From Candidatus Aenigmatarchaeota archaeon (GTDB lineage: Archaea > Aenigmatarchaeota > Aenigmatarchaeia > CG10238-14 > SCSR01): a stretch of 64,000 bases of DNA. This document shows positions 55,995 to 64,000 of this stretch, piece by piece. The DNA lies in assembly GCA_016213525.1 (NCBI GenBank), contig JACRAE010000006.1, positions 16,691 to 80,690 of the forward strand. The letters are read 5' to 3'. The position numbers and the translations under genes are program-made. Numbering within the stretch: the first letter of the stretch is position 1; every line of letters starts with the position of its first letter. A model generated the notes under the pieces. That model had not been told where the DNA came from. It saw only the letters and a program-made list of their open reading frames with translations, and ran no database searches.

Positions 55995-56507
55995 TCAGCA
56001 GATGTCCGAGCCGTAGACGCAGGATTTGAGCACGTTCTTCGGGTTGTTTGTCAGGTCCCTTATCTTCTCTACCCGGACGCGCATGTCTTTCTTCGGGGCG
56101 AACTTCATGTACTCCCTCTCGACTATGACGTAGAAGCTGTTGCAGTTGACGATAAGGGTGTAGGCCTTCTTCTTGGTGGTCTTGCTGAACATTCTGTTCC
56201 CGCGCATCACTCCCTCCTGCAGGTTCTCCGTCCAGGACTCGAACTTCACTATCTTCCCCACGGCGGACGCCTCCCTGTTCTTCACAATCAGCCCCCTCTT
56301 CCCGCTCTCTAGAATCCTCACCCCGTCCCCCCTCAGGAGGCCGAGTATTTTCATCCCCTTCTTCGGTATCTTGTGTGTCTGGTTGTAGACCTCGAAAGGC
56401 GCGGAGTCGTTCAGCCTCAGGAGCAGGTAGTCTCCGAATCCGGGCATCTCGTCCTCGAGCCTGACCTCCACGACCTTGAACTCTGAGTCTATGTATTCGG
56501 GGTCCAT
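55995..56507 (-). CDS. Hypothetical protein
   Basis: 170-aa ORF with protein-like composition. No motif recognised. Confidence 0.35.
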   Translation of the reverse strand: MDPEYIDSEFKVVEVRLEDEMPGFGDYLLLRLNDSAPFEVYNQTHKIPKKGMKILGLLRGDGVRILESGKRGLIVKNREASAVGKIVKFESWTENLQEGVMRGNRMFSKTTKKKAYTLIVNCNSFYVIVEREYMKFAPKKDMRVRVEKIRDLTNNPKNVLKSCVYGSDIC

Positions 56508-56529
56508 GAAACGAATTTGTGAGTGCTGC

Positions 56530-57453
56530 TTAAATCTTCGACAGGAGCTCGAACAGGCTCCTGACGGACAGGAACTCGGTGACGTTGCCCTGCATCGGGT
56601 TGCCCCCGCAGAGGGTTATGCCTGCTATCCTGCCCTTGAAGGACGACACCACGTCGCAGAACTGGCGGAACGTCATGCCCTCCGGCTCGCTGTAGTCCAC
56701 GTTCGGCGCTATGCTGGGGTCGAAGCAGTCCACGTCCAGGTTCACCCATATCTTCTCCCCCTGCGTGAAGATCCCCAGCTGGTCCTTGACCTCCTCTATG
56801 TTGTCCTCTATCTCCCTCGGCGTGATGTGGAGGATCTTGCTCTTCTCCATGTAGGCCATCGTGTCCTCGTCGACGGAGCGCAGCCCTATCACACAGACGC
56901 TGTCCGCGCCGACCACCTCGACGGTCCTCCTCAGCCACGTCGAGCTGTTCTCCCTCTCGTTCCTGAAGCCGTCTATGGACTCTATCTTCGGGTCCGTGTA
57001 CTTGTCCAAGAGGTCCGTGTGGGCGTCGAAGCTGATCACCTTCACGTTCTTCAGTATGTTGCACGCGCGGTAAGACGCGATGTCGCCCTTCGTGATGATC
57101 ACGGGAACCTTCCTCTTCAAAAATATCTCCGTCAGCTTCCTGTCGAGCTCCTTGTGGTCGGTCACGTCCCCGGCGTCGCACACCTTCTTGTCGAAGAGGT
57201 TCCTCTTCCTGTATATGTCGAATATCTCGACGAACCAGCTCTGCTTCCTCAGGCTGTCCACGTACTCCTTCCCGCCGGTCCCGTTAGGCACCCCTATCAC
57301 TACCACGTCCGCCTCCTCCTCCGTGAAGAGGTCCGTGAAGAACTTGTCGTACATGGATAGAATCTCCCGCTCCACGCTAAAATATCTTTGCCTGTCGTCG
57401 AATGATTCGTTTCTATCAGAACGGCTTTTAAGCGGCTGCGACCAATATTTCAT
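56530..57453 (-). CDS. Agmatinase/arginase-family ureohydrolase (second paralog)
   Basis: GVPNGTGG, SFDAHTDL, DVDCFDPS manganese-ligand motifs. Confidence 0.8.
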   Translation of the reverse strand: MKYWSQPLKSRSDRNESFDDRQRYFSVEREILSMYDKFFTDLFTEEEADVVVIGVPNGTGGKEYVDSLRKQSWFVEIFDIYRKRNLFDKKVCDAGDVTDHKELDRKLTEIFLKRKVPVIITKGDIASYRACNILKNVKVISFDAHTDLLDKYTDPKIESIDGFRNERENSSTWLRRTVEVVGADSVCVIGLRSVDEDTMAYMEKSKILHITPREIEDNIEEVKDQLGIFTQGEKIWVNLDVDCFDPSIAPNVDYSEPEGMTFRQFCDVVSSFKGRIAGITLCGGNPMQGNVTEFLSVRSLFELLSKI

Positions 57454-58178
57454 TGATGAGTTCTGTTGACAGGCCCGTCATACAGTTGGTCGGGGTCGGG
57501 AAGACATACGACATGGGCGAGGTGAAGGCGGAGGTCCTGCACGGGATAGATTTTTCCGTCGATAGGGGGGAGTTCGTGGCCATAGTGGGCGCCTCCGGAT
57601 CGGGGAAGTCCACGCTGCTGCAGATTATGGGGCTCTTGGACAGGCCGACCAAGGGTAAGGTCCTGATAAACGGCATAGATTCTTCCAAGATGAGCGACGA
57701 CGAGCTGGCGGACATGCGCGGCAGGAACATAGGTTTCGTGTTCCAGTTCTTCAACCTTTATCCGACGCTGAGCGCGAGGGGGAACGTCGAGCTTCCCATG
57801 ATGATACAGGGTATGCCGTCAGGGGAGAGGACCCGGAGGGCGAGGGAGATACTCAGGTCCGTCGGTCTCTCCGACAAGGAGGAGAACATGCCCTCCCAGC
57901 TGTCCGGCGGGCAGAAGCAGAGGGTGTCGATAGCGCGCGCCCTGGCGATGGAGCCCGCTCTTATATTGGCGGACGAGCCGACAGGCAACCTCGACTCAAA
58001 GACGGGTCAGGAAGTCATAGACATGATTGCGCGCCTGGGGAAGGGCGGCAATAGAACCATATTGGTAATAACCCACGACCGCCACATAGCCGAGCATGCC
58101 GAGAGGATAGTCGAGATAAAGGATGGCAGGGTTATATCCGATAGGAAGAACAAGAATAGAAGAGTTGTTGAACGATGA
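57453..58178 (+). CDS. ABC transporter ATP-binding protein (MacB/LolD/FtsE-like)
   Basis: Walker [10 protein letters not shown]. Signature LSGGQKQR. Walker B ILADEPT. Confidence 0.9.
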   Translation: MMSSVDRPVIQLVGVGKTYDMGEVKAEVLHGIDFSVDRGEFVAIVGASGSGKSTLLQIMGLLDRPTKGKVLINGIDSSKMSDDELADMRGRNIGFVFQFFNLYPTLSARGNVELPMMIQGMPSGERTRRAREILRSVGLSDKEENMPSQLSGGQKQRVSIARALAMEPALILADEPTGNLDSKTGQEVIDMIARLGKGGNRTILVITHDRHIAEHAERIVEIKDGRVISDRKNKNRRVVER

Positions 58179-59353
58179 AGCTGGCATATTTTGCAATCGG
58201 CCTGTTGTTTTTGGCGGTCCTGCCGTCGGCGTCCCTCGCGCAGTCGTCGGACGCCTCGGTGAAGTTCGAGGTCCTGAAGTACGACCCGTCTCCGGCCGAG
58301 GCCGGCGAGCTGCTGGAGCTGTGGCTGGCAGTCGGCGTCGTCGGCAACACGGAGCTCAGGAACTACGTCGTGGAAGTCGTGCCGGATTTCCCGTTCCTTT
58401 TGGCCACAGACGAGGACGCTAAGAGGAGGTTCTCCGTGATAGACTCCAACGGGGTCGTAGCAAAATACAGGATAAGGGTGGACGGGTCGGCCCTAGACGG
58501 CGACTCGGTCCTCAGGGTCAAATATTATCCCGACGGATCGTCGTCCCAGCCGGCGCGCGAGGTGACGATCTCTATTTTGGGCAAGGTCAACGTGCAGCTC
58601 TCCTCCGCCCAGCCCGACACCCTGATACCGGGCAGGCCGACGAAGGTGAAGTTCCTTTTCAAGAACGACGGCAACGCGCCCGTCAGGGACCTGGCCATTA
58701 ACTGGACCGACCCCGACGCCGGCATACTCCCGCTCGCGGGCGAGAACAGGCAGAGGATAGACTTCCTGGGGGTCGGAGACGAGAGGGAGGTCGAGTTCAG
58801 CATGATAGCGGATCCGCAGATATCGCAGGGCGTGCACGTCATAAACCTCAACATGGAGTTCCTCAGGTTCGGGGAGTCGACTAGCAGGACTTCCAGCGTC
58901 GCCTTCATAGTCGGCGGGGTCACGGAGTTCGACGTGACGCAGGACGAGGTGAGCGAGGACGCGGTCTCATTGTCGATAGCCAACATAGGAGTGAATACCG
59001 CCACGGGCGTCCTCGTTTCGGTACCGGAGCAGAGCGGATGGGAGATCAACGGGGCGTCGGACGCGTTCCTCGGGAACCTCCAGTCCGGCGACTTCACCGT
59101 CGCTTCGGTTGACGTGGTGTCTTTGTCGCAGGCGCCGAAGCAGACGCTCAGGGTGCTGGTGAAGTACACGGACACGGTAGGCATACGCCAGACGATGGAG
59201 GCGGAGGTCCCGATAAATTTGGATAAATCCATGGGCAAGTCGAAGAAGGACGACTCCAGCCAGATTTACATAATTTTGGTCATAGTGGCCGTCATTGCGT
59301 TGGGCGTGGCCCACTTCAAGTTCAGGGTTTTCAACAAGACGAAGAAGAGGTAA
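58175..59353 (+). CDS. Secreted beta-rich protein with C-terminal TM anchor (ABC-associated, CARDB-like)
   Basis: Signal peptide. Repeated beta-sandwich-like segments. C-terminal hydrophobic anchor followed by KTKKR. Overlaps both neighbouring ABC genes. Confidence 0.45.
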   Translation: MKLAYFAIGLLFLAVLPSASLAQSSDASVKFEVLKYDPSPAEAGELLELWLAVGVVGNTELRNYVVEVVPDFPFLLATDEDAKRRFSVIDSNGVVAKYRIRVDGSALDGDSVLRVKYYPDGSSSQPAREVTISILGKVNVQLSSAQPDTLIPGRPTKVKFLFKNDGNAPVRDLAINWTDPDAGILPLAGENRQRIDFLGVGDEREVEFSMIADPQISQGVHVINLNMEFLRFGESTSRTSSVAFIVGGVTEFDVTQDEVSEDAVSLSIANIGVNTATGVLVSVPEQSGWEINGASDAFLGNLQSGDFTVASVDVVSLSQAPKQTLRVLVKYTDTVGIRQTMEAEVPINLDKSMGKSKKDDSSQIYIILVIVAVIALGVAHFKFRVFNKTKKR

Positions 59354-59357
59354 TCGG

Positions 59358-60608
59358 ATGCTGCTCCGCGACTACCTGGAGTTTGCCAAGGGCAGCCTGG
59401 TTCACAGGAGGCTCAGGAGCTGGCTCACTGTCCTCGGAATCATCATCGGCATAGCCGCCGTATTCAGCTTGGTGTCCATAGGCCAGGGCTTCGACAATCT
59501 GATCAGGGAGCAGATAAGCTCGCTTGGCGGGAACTTCATATTCATCACGCCTTCGACCGGGACCTCCCAGAGCGGCGGCCCCAGCTTCGGGTTCAGCAGC
59601 GGCGTCGGGCCCAGGTCCGCAAGTCAGGGAATCCTCACGACCAACGACGTGACGGCCGTCAGCTCCGCAAGGGGAGTGGTGTTCGCGGACGGGATAATAT
59701 TCGACAGGGCGGACGTGGAGTTCAGGGGAGAGTCCGTCACGACGAACGTCCAGGGATACACCGTGGACCTTCTCAAGGAGTTTCCCCTCGTGAGCGTCGG
59801 CGAGGGCAGGATATTCTCCTCCGGCGAGTCCAAGGTCGCTATAGTCGGCTTCAAGGTCGCCAAGGACTTCTTCGAGCGCGAGGTGAAGCTCGGCGACATA
59901 ATCACGGTCGAGGGCGAGAGCTACAGGGTCATCGGCATATTCGCGGAGGGCAGCGGCGCCACCGCGTCTATATTCGACCAGTCCATAGCCGTGCCTAGGG
60001 ACGACGCGAGGAGGATGTTCATGGAGCCGGGTAGCAGAGAGGTCTCCGCGATATTCATCAAGATGTCCGAGGAGGCCGATGCCGACAGGGTGCTGAGGGA
60101 CGTCGAGAAGAGGCTCCGCGCCTCGCACAAGGTGACGGAGGAGGACCAGGACTTCACCGCCACGAGCTCTAAGGCCATACAGTCCAGCGTGGCCGCGATA
60201 ACCAGCGGCATCACCATTTTCCTCGGAGGGATAGCCGCAATATCCCTCCTCGTCGGGGCGATAGGCATAGTGAACACCATGTTCATGTCCGTGATGGAGA
60301 GGACGAAGCAGATAGGCATACTGAAGGCGCTCGGCGCCAGGAACAGCCAGATAACGGCGATATTCCTGATAGAGTCCAGCATGCTCGGGCTCGTCGGCGG
60401 CATAATCGGCGTGTCGATTGGCGTTGCGCTGGACCTAGTCATAGGCAGCAAGGAGCTGCTGGGTCCGTCCGCATTCGTCGCGCCCATAACCCCCGAGCTC
60501 GTAATATTCTGCGTGTCGTTCTCCGCCATAGTGGGCACCATATCTGGAGTGATGCCGGCTAGGCGCGCCGCGAAGATGGACCCGGTGGAAGCGATAAGGT
60601 ACGAGTAG
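59358..60608 (+). CDS. ABC transporter permease, FtsX/MacB-like
   Basis: N-terminal TM. Large extracytoplasmic domain. Three C-terminal TM helices of the FtsX fold. True start is MLLRDY at 59358. Confidence 0.8.
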   Translation: MLLRDYLEFAKGSLVHRRLRSWLTVLGIIIGIAAVFSLVSIGQGFDNLIREQISSLGGNFIFITPSTGTSQSGGPSFGFSSGVGPRSASQGILTTNDVTAVSSARGVVFADGIIFDRADVEFRGESVTTNVQGYTVDLLKEFPLVSVGEGRIFSSGESKVAIVGFKVAKDFFEREVKLGDIITVEGESYRVIGIFAEGSGATASIFDQSIAVPRDDARRMFMEPGSREVSAIFIKMSEEADADRVLRDVEKRLRASHKVTEEDQDFTATSSKAIQSSVAAITSGITIFLGGIAAISLLVGAIGIVNTMFMSVMERTKQIGILKALGARNSQITAIFLIESSMLGLVGGIIGVSIGVALDLVIGSKELLGPSAFVAPITPELVIFCVSFSAIVGTISGVMPARRAAKMDPVEAIRYE

Positions 60609-61139
60609 TCACGCCTTCCTAGATTTCGCGTACTCCCTGATTATGTTCCTGAAAGATACGGTGTAATTCCCAGGGTTTTTCCTAACGTCCTTTAAAACAA
60701 AATCAAGGTCCGTCCAGACGGGCTTCGCCCCCACTTCCTTCCTGTCGTGCCTGAAAGGTCCTGGATGCACGGCCTCGAAGACCGTCGTTATCTCCTTGTT
60801 TTTCGCCAGGTTGTCGTTGGCGAATTTCAGGACCCTCCTCAACTTTATGTCCGGCATCCTCATGCCGGCGAACAGCTCCTCCTTCATCTCCGTCTCGGCC
60901 GCCTTCCTCGCGGTCTCGCCCGCCATGACGTGCCCGCCCGCGGAGTGCTGCCATAGTCCCGGGTCCTGCTCCATGTCCGTGCTCCTCTTCTGCAGCAGAA
61001 TCTCCCTCCTAGTCCTGTCTTTGAAAATCAGCACGCACGACGTCCTGTGCCGCAGACCCTTCCTATGGCACTCCGTCCAGGTGGCCTTGCCCACGACTCT
61101 GTCGTCCTCGTTCACCACGTCGTAAGTCTCGTCTTCCAT
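60609..61139 (-). CDS. NUDIX-family hydrolase
   Basis: Nudix-box-like GGHVMAGETARKAAETEMKEELF. Confidence 0.65.
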   Translation of the reverse strand: MEDETYDVVNEDDRVVGKATWTECHRKGLRHRTSCVLIFKDRTRREILLQKRSTDMEQDPGLWQHSAGGHVMAGETARKAAETEMKEELFAGMRMPDIKLRRVLKFANDNLAKNKEITTVFEAVHPGPFRHDRKEVGAKPVWTDLDFVLKDVRKNPGNYTVSFRNIIREYAKSRKA

Positions 61140-61179
61140 GATTTGATATAAACGGCTCTGGAATTAAATGATTTCCGTC

Positions 61180-61737
61180 CTAGACGCTCCATTTCTTGTC
61201 CGTGCTGTCGAACTTCCCGGTGTTCAGGACGTAGAATTCGCTCCCCCTGTAAGACACGGTGCCCTCAGACATGTCGTATCTGTCCCTCAGGTCGCCTATT
61301 ATCGGCCTGGCCCACCTCTCGGAGACGATGAGACTCGGGTTCCTCCTCCCGTATTCCGACAGCGCAATCTTCATCCCGACCGCATCGTTGATCTCGGCCT
61401 CTATCCTGTCGAACGCCGAGGCATAGACTTTTACCGGTCTGCCGTCGGACGCCTCCCTGTCGCCGGTGGCCACAATCATCCCTATTCTCTGCAGCGCGTC
61501 CATGTTCCTGTAGAGCGACGTCATCGGGACTTTCAAGGATGGGTCCCTGGCGGCCCCTATCTTGGTGTTCTTGTTGCGGGAGAAATAGCTGTAGAGTTCG
61601 AAGTTGTCCGCTATCGCGCCGATTATCGCCGCAGCCGCCTCCTCGTCGGGCACGTAGTCCCACCGTCCTTTCATACAGATTCGGATGGAAGCGAAGCTTT
61701 TATGCTTTCCCGCCGCCTCCGGAAAAAAGTCGGTCAT
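61180..61737 (-). CDS. Winged-helix protein (putative transcription regulator)
   Basis: wHTH-like MTSLYRNMDALQRIGMIVATGD. Its ATG lies inside the 18-bp direct repeat. Confidence 0.4.
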   Translation of the reverse strand: MTDFFPEAAGKHKSFASIRICMKGRWDYVPDEEAAAAIIGAIADNFELYSYFSRNKNTKIGAARDPSLKVPMTSLYRNMDALQRIGMIVATGDREASDGRPVKVYASAFDRIEAEINDAVGMKIALSEYGRRNPSLIVSERWARPIIGDLRDRYDMSEGTVSYRGSEFYVLNTGKFDSTDKKWSV

Positions 61738-61750
61738 GCTCCCTGTGGGA
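61733..61750. repeat. Direct repeat A (GTCATGCTCCCTGTGGGA), a copy of the tRNA-Glu 3' end
   Basis: 17/18 identical to 62741–62758. It flanks the low-GC island. Confidence 0.8.
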
Positions 61751-62740
61751 ACGTCTATGGGAGAAACTTTTAGGGAGCATTATCATTTTATAATTCCGTG
61801 CTCCAAATCATATTTGAAGGGGTAAATCTCCTCGTTTTTACAATTTGGGCACAACGTTACCAGATATTCCTTGATTACATTGTTTTTTTGTAGTATACTG
61901 TAGCTATACCACACCTGTAATTCTCTATGAATTATGTTATTACAATCGACACAACGGAATATTTTTTTCTCAATAAATGTGTTTTTATTTTTCTTAATAG
62001 AATCTTTACCAAACCAAAATAAATTTATTCTTTCGTTACAAAACATGCATTTACCGTTATATTCATATTCTAAAGCTCCAAAAATATTGTTTTGTGTTGA
62101 TATTGATTTTTCGTTTCCTAATGATTTTGCTAACTCGCGTAACATAGCGGTTAATACGCCAATTTTATCGTTTTTTACGCCTACTTTTCGAATATACCAA
62201 TTAACTTTTTTATGATTAATCAAGTGTTTACAATTCCAACATTTCATATCGAATTGTTTTAATGATATCATGTAAACTATAATCGCCCTATGGATTTGTG
62301 GGTATATAAAAAACGCTACATTAGGAAAACTTCCATGCTACCTGCGGGAACTTCAATTAGGGAATTAAAAGGAGTATTATTATAGTTTCTTCTTCGGAAC
62401 AGGACCCGTTAGCTTAACATGGCATTTTTTACATATGACCATCAAATTACTTTCTCTTGGGTCTGACGGATCGTAGTTTTTATGGTGGAAGTCAAACTTG
62501 ATGTTGAACAACAAGGTACCACAGTTCTCACACTTTCCCCTAGACCGTGCCATAATTCTTTTTTGTAACCCAAATGGGATTTTAGTTCTTTTTTTCCTTA
62601 TTTTTGGTTCTATTTCAGGTTTCTTGTCAAGAGACTTCTCATATTCCTCAATCCAGTCCATAATGCTGCCCTTTTCAGGTTTGATTGTCAGACTCATAAT
62701 TTGTCTGTGACTTTCCATTCTTTTAAATATTTCTCTAATA
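61751..62740. mobile_element. ~1 kb low-GC island integrated at the tRNA-Glu 3' end (HNH endonuclease + Zn-finger ORF, no recombinase)
   Basis: Abrupt drop to roughly 30% GC between two 18-bp direct repeats. Two minus-strand ORFs. Boundary exactly at the tRNA discriminator. Confidence 0.65.
61783..62271 (-). CDS. Cys-rich zinc-finger protein (possible second HNH-like nuclease) in the AT-rich island
   Basis: Four CxxC motifs (CWNC, CMFC, CVDC, CPNC) with His/Asn between them. AT-rich codon usage unlike the host genes. Confidence 0.45.
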   Translation of the reverse strand: MISLKQFDMKCWNCKHLINHKKVNWYIRKVGVKNDKIGVLTAMLRELAKSLGNEKSISTQNNIFGALEYEYNGKCMFCNERINLFWFGKDSIKKNKNTFIEKKIFRCVDCNNIIHRELQVWYSYSILQKNNVIKEYLVTLCPNCKNEEIYPFKYDLEHGIIK

Positions 62741-62745
62741 GTCAT
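62380..62745 (-). CDS. HNH endonuclease
   Basis: GKCENCG..FDFHHKN..N..VICKKCH. Canonical HNH zinc-binding motif. ATG overlaps the tRNA-Glu discriminator. Confidence 0.7.
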   Translation of the reverse strand: MTIREIFKRMESHRQIMSLTIKPEKGSIMDWIEEYEKSLDKKPEIEPKIRKKRTKIPFGLQKRIMARSRGKCENCGTLLFNIKFDFHHKNYDPSDPRESNLMVICKKCHVKLTGPVPKKKL

Positions 62746-62758
62746 GCTCCCTGCGGGA
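62741..62758. repeat. Direct repeat B (GTCATGCTCCCTGCGGGA) spanning the tRNA-Glu 3' end and the HNH start codon
   Basis: Pairs with 61733–61750. Confidence 0.8.
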
Positions 62759-62859
62759 TTTGAACCCGCGTTTCCACCTTGCTTCTCTCATCCGATGTGT
62801 CAAATCTTTCGAAGTCAATCGAAAGGGTGGAGTCCTTGACCGGGCTAGACGAAGGGAAC
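62745..62859 (-). tRNA. tRNA-Glu (anticodon TTC) with a ~40-nt intron
   Basis: GTTCCCT-TC-GTCT-AGCCCGGTCAA-GGAC-T-CCACC-CTTTCGA-[40-nt intron]-GGTGG-AAAC-GCGGG-TTCAAAT-CCCGC-AGGGAGC-A. Confidence 0.65.
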
Positions 62860-62988
62860 CCAGACTCTTCTCTTGTGATATGGGTTATTTGGGTTTATTT
62901 CTTTAAGGGGTCTTCTAGGCGCGCCCCGGGTTTCCGGCTGCAGCAGGCCGCCGTCAATGGTTTAAATTTCACTCCCCATTTTTTTGAT

Positions 62989-63576
62989 ATGATCCCATAC
63001 ACGAATGCCAACGGTTCCGGCAAATTTCAACGGGACATGATGGGGCGCGGCGGGCAAGACATGGTAGAGGACCTGTACCCCATAGGCACGGACGTCAACC
63101 GGTTTATAGACAAGTCCAAAGACTTCATCGCGAAGCTGGCCGGCGGGAGCGTGTGGGTCGTTGACATGCAGTCCCTTAGAAATATGGTTGGAAGTTTCGG
63201 TTATAGGGTCGTGGAGTCCGCAATCGGATACTCGTCCGATGGCGACGTCTCCGACATACCCTGCGAGAGCGTCGACGGCTGGAAGCACCCCATATACCTG
63301 AGGTCAAAGCCGGCCACCATAAGCCTTGTGTATAAGACCCTCCTTTCCAAGGAGGACAGGAAGTTCAAGCTGTTCGGAATGGAAGTTGGCAACATAGAGG
63401 AGATTGACGGCATATACTCGCCTGCCGTCCTGCCTGCCGACGAGGCGTTCCCTGGTCTGGATGCGGTAAAGTCGAACAAGTTCGGCGAAATCGTATTGAA
63501 GGTCGGAAAGATGTCGGACGACATCGACGTGGCCGAGCTGAAGAGGGAGCAGGCGACCAGCTACATTTACAAGTAG
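62989..63576 (+). CDS. Hypothetical protein
   Basis: The track ORF 62779–63576 overlaps tRNA-Glu, so the plausible start is the internal MIPYTNANG at 62989. TTTAAAT sits 26–33 nt upstream. Confidence 0.4.
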   Translation: MIPYTNANGSGKFQRDMMGRGGQDMVEDLYPIGTDVNRFIDKSKDFIAKLAGGSVWVVDMQSLRNMVGSFGYRVVESAIGYSSDGDVSDIPCESVDGWKHPIYLRSKPATISLVYKTLLSKEDRKFKLFGMEVGNIEEIDGIYSPAVLPADEAFPGLDAVKSNKFGEIVLKVGKMSDDIDVAELKREQATSYIYK

Positions 63577-63580
63577 GGAG

Positions 63581-63655
63581 TGGGCAGGCTGGGATTTGAA
63601 CCCAGGACCTATCGATTATCAGTCGATTGCTCCAACCAGGCTAAGCTACCCGCCC
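63581..63655 (-). tRNA. tRNA-Ile (anticodon GAT), intron-less
   Basis: GGGCGGG-TA-GCTT-AGCCTGGTTG-GAGC-A-ATCGA-CTGATAA-TCGAT-AGGTC-CTGGG-TTCAAAT-CCCAG-CCTGCCC-A. D-arm and anticodon stem identical to the TAT isoacceptor at 10561. Confidence 0.85.
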
Positions 63656-63713
63656 GTGAATAAAATATTGGTCTTCTCCGCGGTTAAATTCTTTCTTGAC
63701 CCACACTTTATCA

Positions 63714-64000
63714 CATGGGAATTTTCAAGAAAAACCAACCACCCGGCAAGTCCGGGAGCCTGGAAGAGGCGGTGGAGGGCGCGAGGAGCATGATGTCGTC
63801 GTACGGCCACATAGGTTATGGGAGCAGGCGCGCCCTGGGGGCGTGGAACGATTTCATGGGATACCTGAGGGACATACACTCCATGGGAGGGTGCGACGAG
63901 ATATCCAAGATGCTCGGGGAGGCCAGAAAAGACAGATCCTACTTCTACGACAAGCTTAATTGGTTTCACAAGGAATATTGTTCAGGTCAGTTGGGCCGGT
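63714..64000 (+). CDS. Partial ORF running off the window end (hypothetical)
   Basis: ATG at 63714. Open frame with high GC3 to position 64000 (MGIFKKNQPPGKSGSLEEAVEGARSMM...). Not in the track because it is incomplete. Confidence 0.3.

Noticed and set aside
61783-61791. Inverted 9-mer AGGGAGCAT matching the reverse complement of the tRNA-Glu end ATGCTCCCT
   Set aside because: Short, overlaps a stop codon, and is the wrong orientation for an att site. Treated as coincidence next to the genuine 18-bp direct repeats.
62779-62988. N-terminal 70 codons of track ORF 62779–63576
   Set aside because: This portion lies on top of tRNA-Glu. The gene most likely starts at the internal ATG at 62989, after a TATA-like box.
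63596-63969. Track ORFs 63596–63793 (+), 63696–63959 (+) and 63646–63969 (-)
   Set aside because: They overlap the confidently folded tRNA-Ile(GAT) and each other. An alternative plus-strand frame starting at 63714 has better coding character.
1-64000. CRISPR arrays, rRNA genes, large tandem repeats
   Set aside because: No regularly spaced direct repeats and no rRNA-like conserved stretches noticed on either strand. The window is almost fully protein-coding.

Overview
Dense, high-GC archaeal chromosomal segment, estimated by eye at 55–60% GC.

It is almost entirely coding, and many genes overlap or are only a few bases apart.

Most content is housekeeping. Windows 38–6010 hold a complete Tad/archaeal type IV pilus-like operon: three class-III-signal pilins, FlaI/TadA ATPase, and two TadB/C–FlaJ membrane subunits. 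There is a thermosome gene. Four aminoacyl-tRNA synthetases are present: class I LysRS, AspRS, AlaRS and LeuRS. A replication and transcription neighbourhood contains Orc1/Cdc6, RNase HII, TBP, MCM, an RPA32-like OB + winged-helix protein, aIF2 beta, and RFC large and small subunits. A 1274-aa glycine-rich beta-helix surface protein is co-oriented with a matrixin-like zinc protease. An arginine/proline-to-glutamate catabolic cluster carries arginase family, class III aminotransferase, proline dehydrogenase and aldehyde dehydrogenase. Also present are PEP synthase, ribosomal protein L10e, a Bcp peroxiredoxin, a MacB/FtsX-type ABC transporter, and two Nudix hydrolases.

I found six tRNA genes by eye; four carry introns, and one is at a non-canonical position. 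ATA is the dominant isoleucine codon, matching a tRNA-Ile with a TAT anticodon.

The most unusual feature is a ~1 kb AT-rich island at 61751–62740. It encodes an HNH endonuclease and a Cys-rich zinc-finger protein. It is inserted exactly at the 3' end of tRNA-Glu and flanked by 18-bp direct repeats. Each repeat also provides the ATG of the downstream gene.

Many ORFs in the six-frame track are antisense shadows typical of high-GC DNA. The track also extends ORFs to the most upstream ATG, GTG or TTG, so several real starts are internal.
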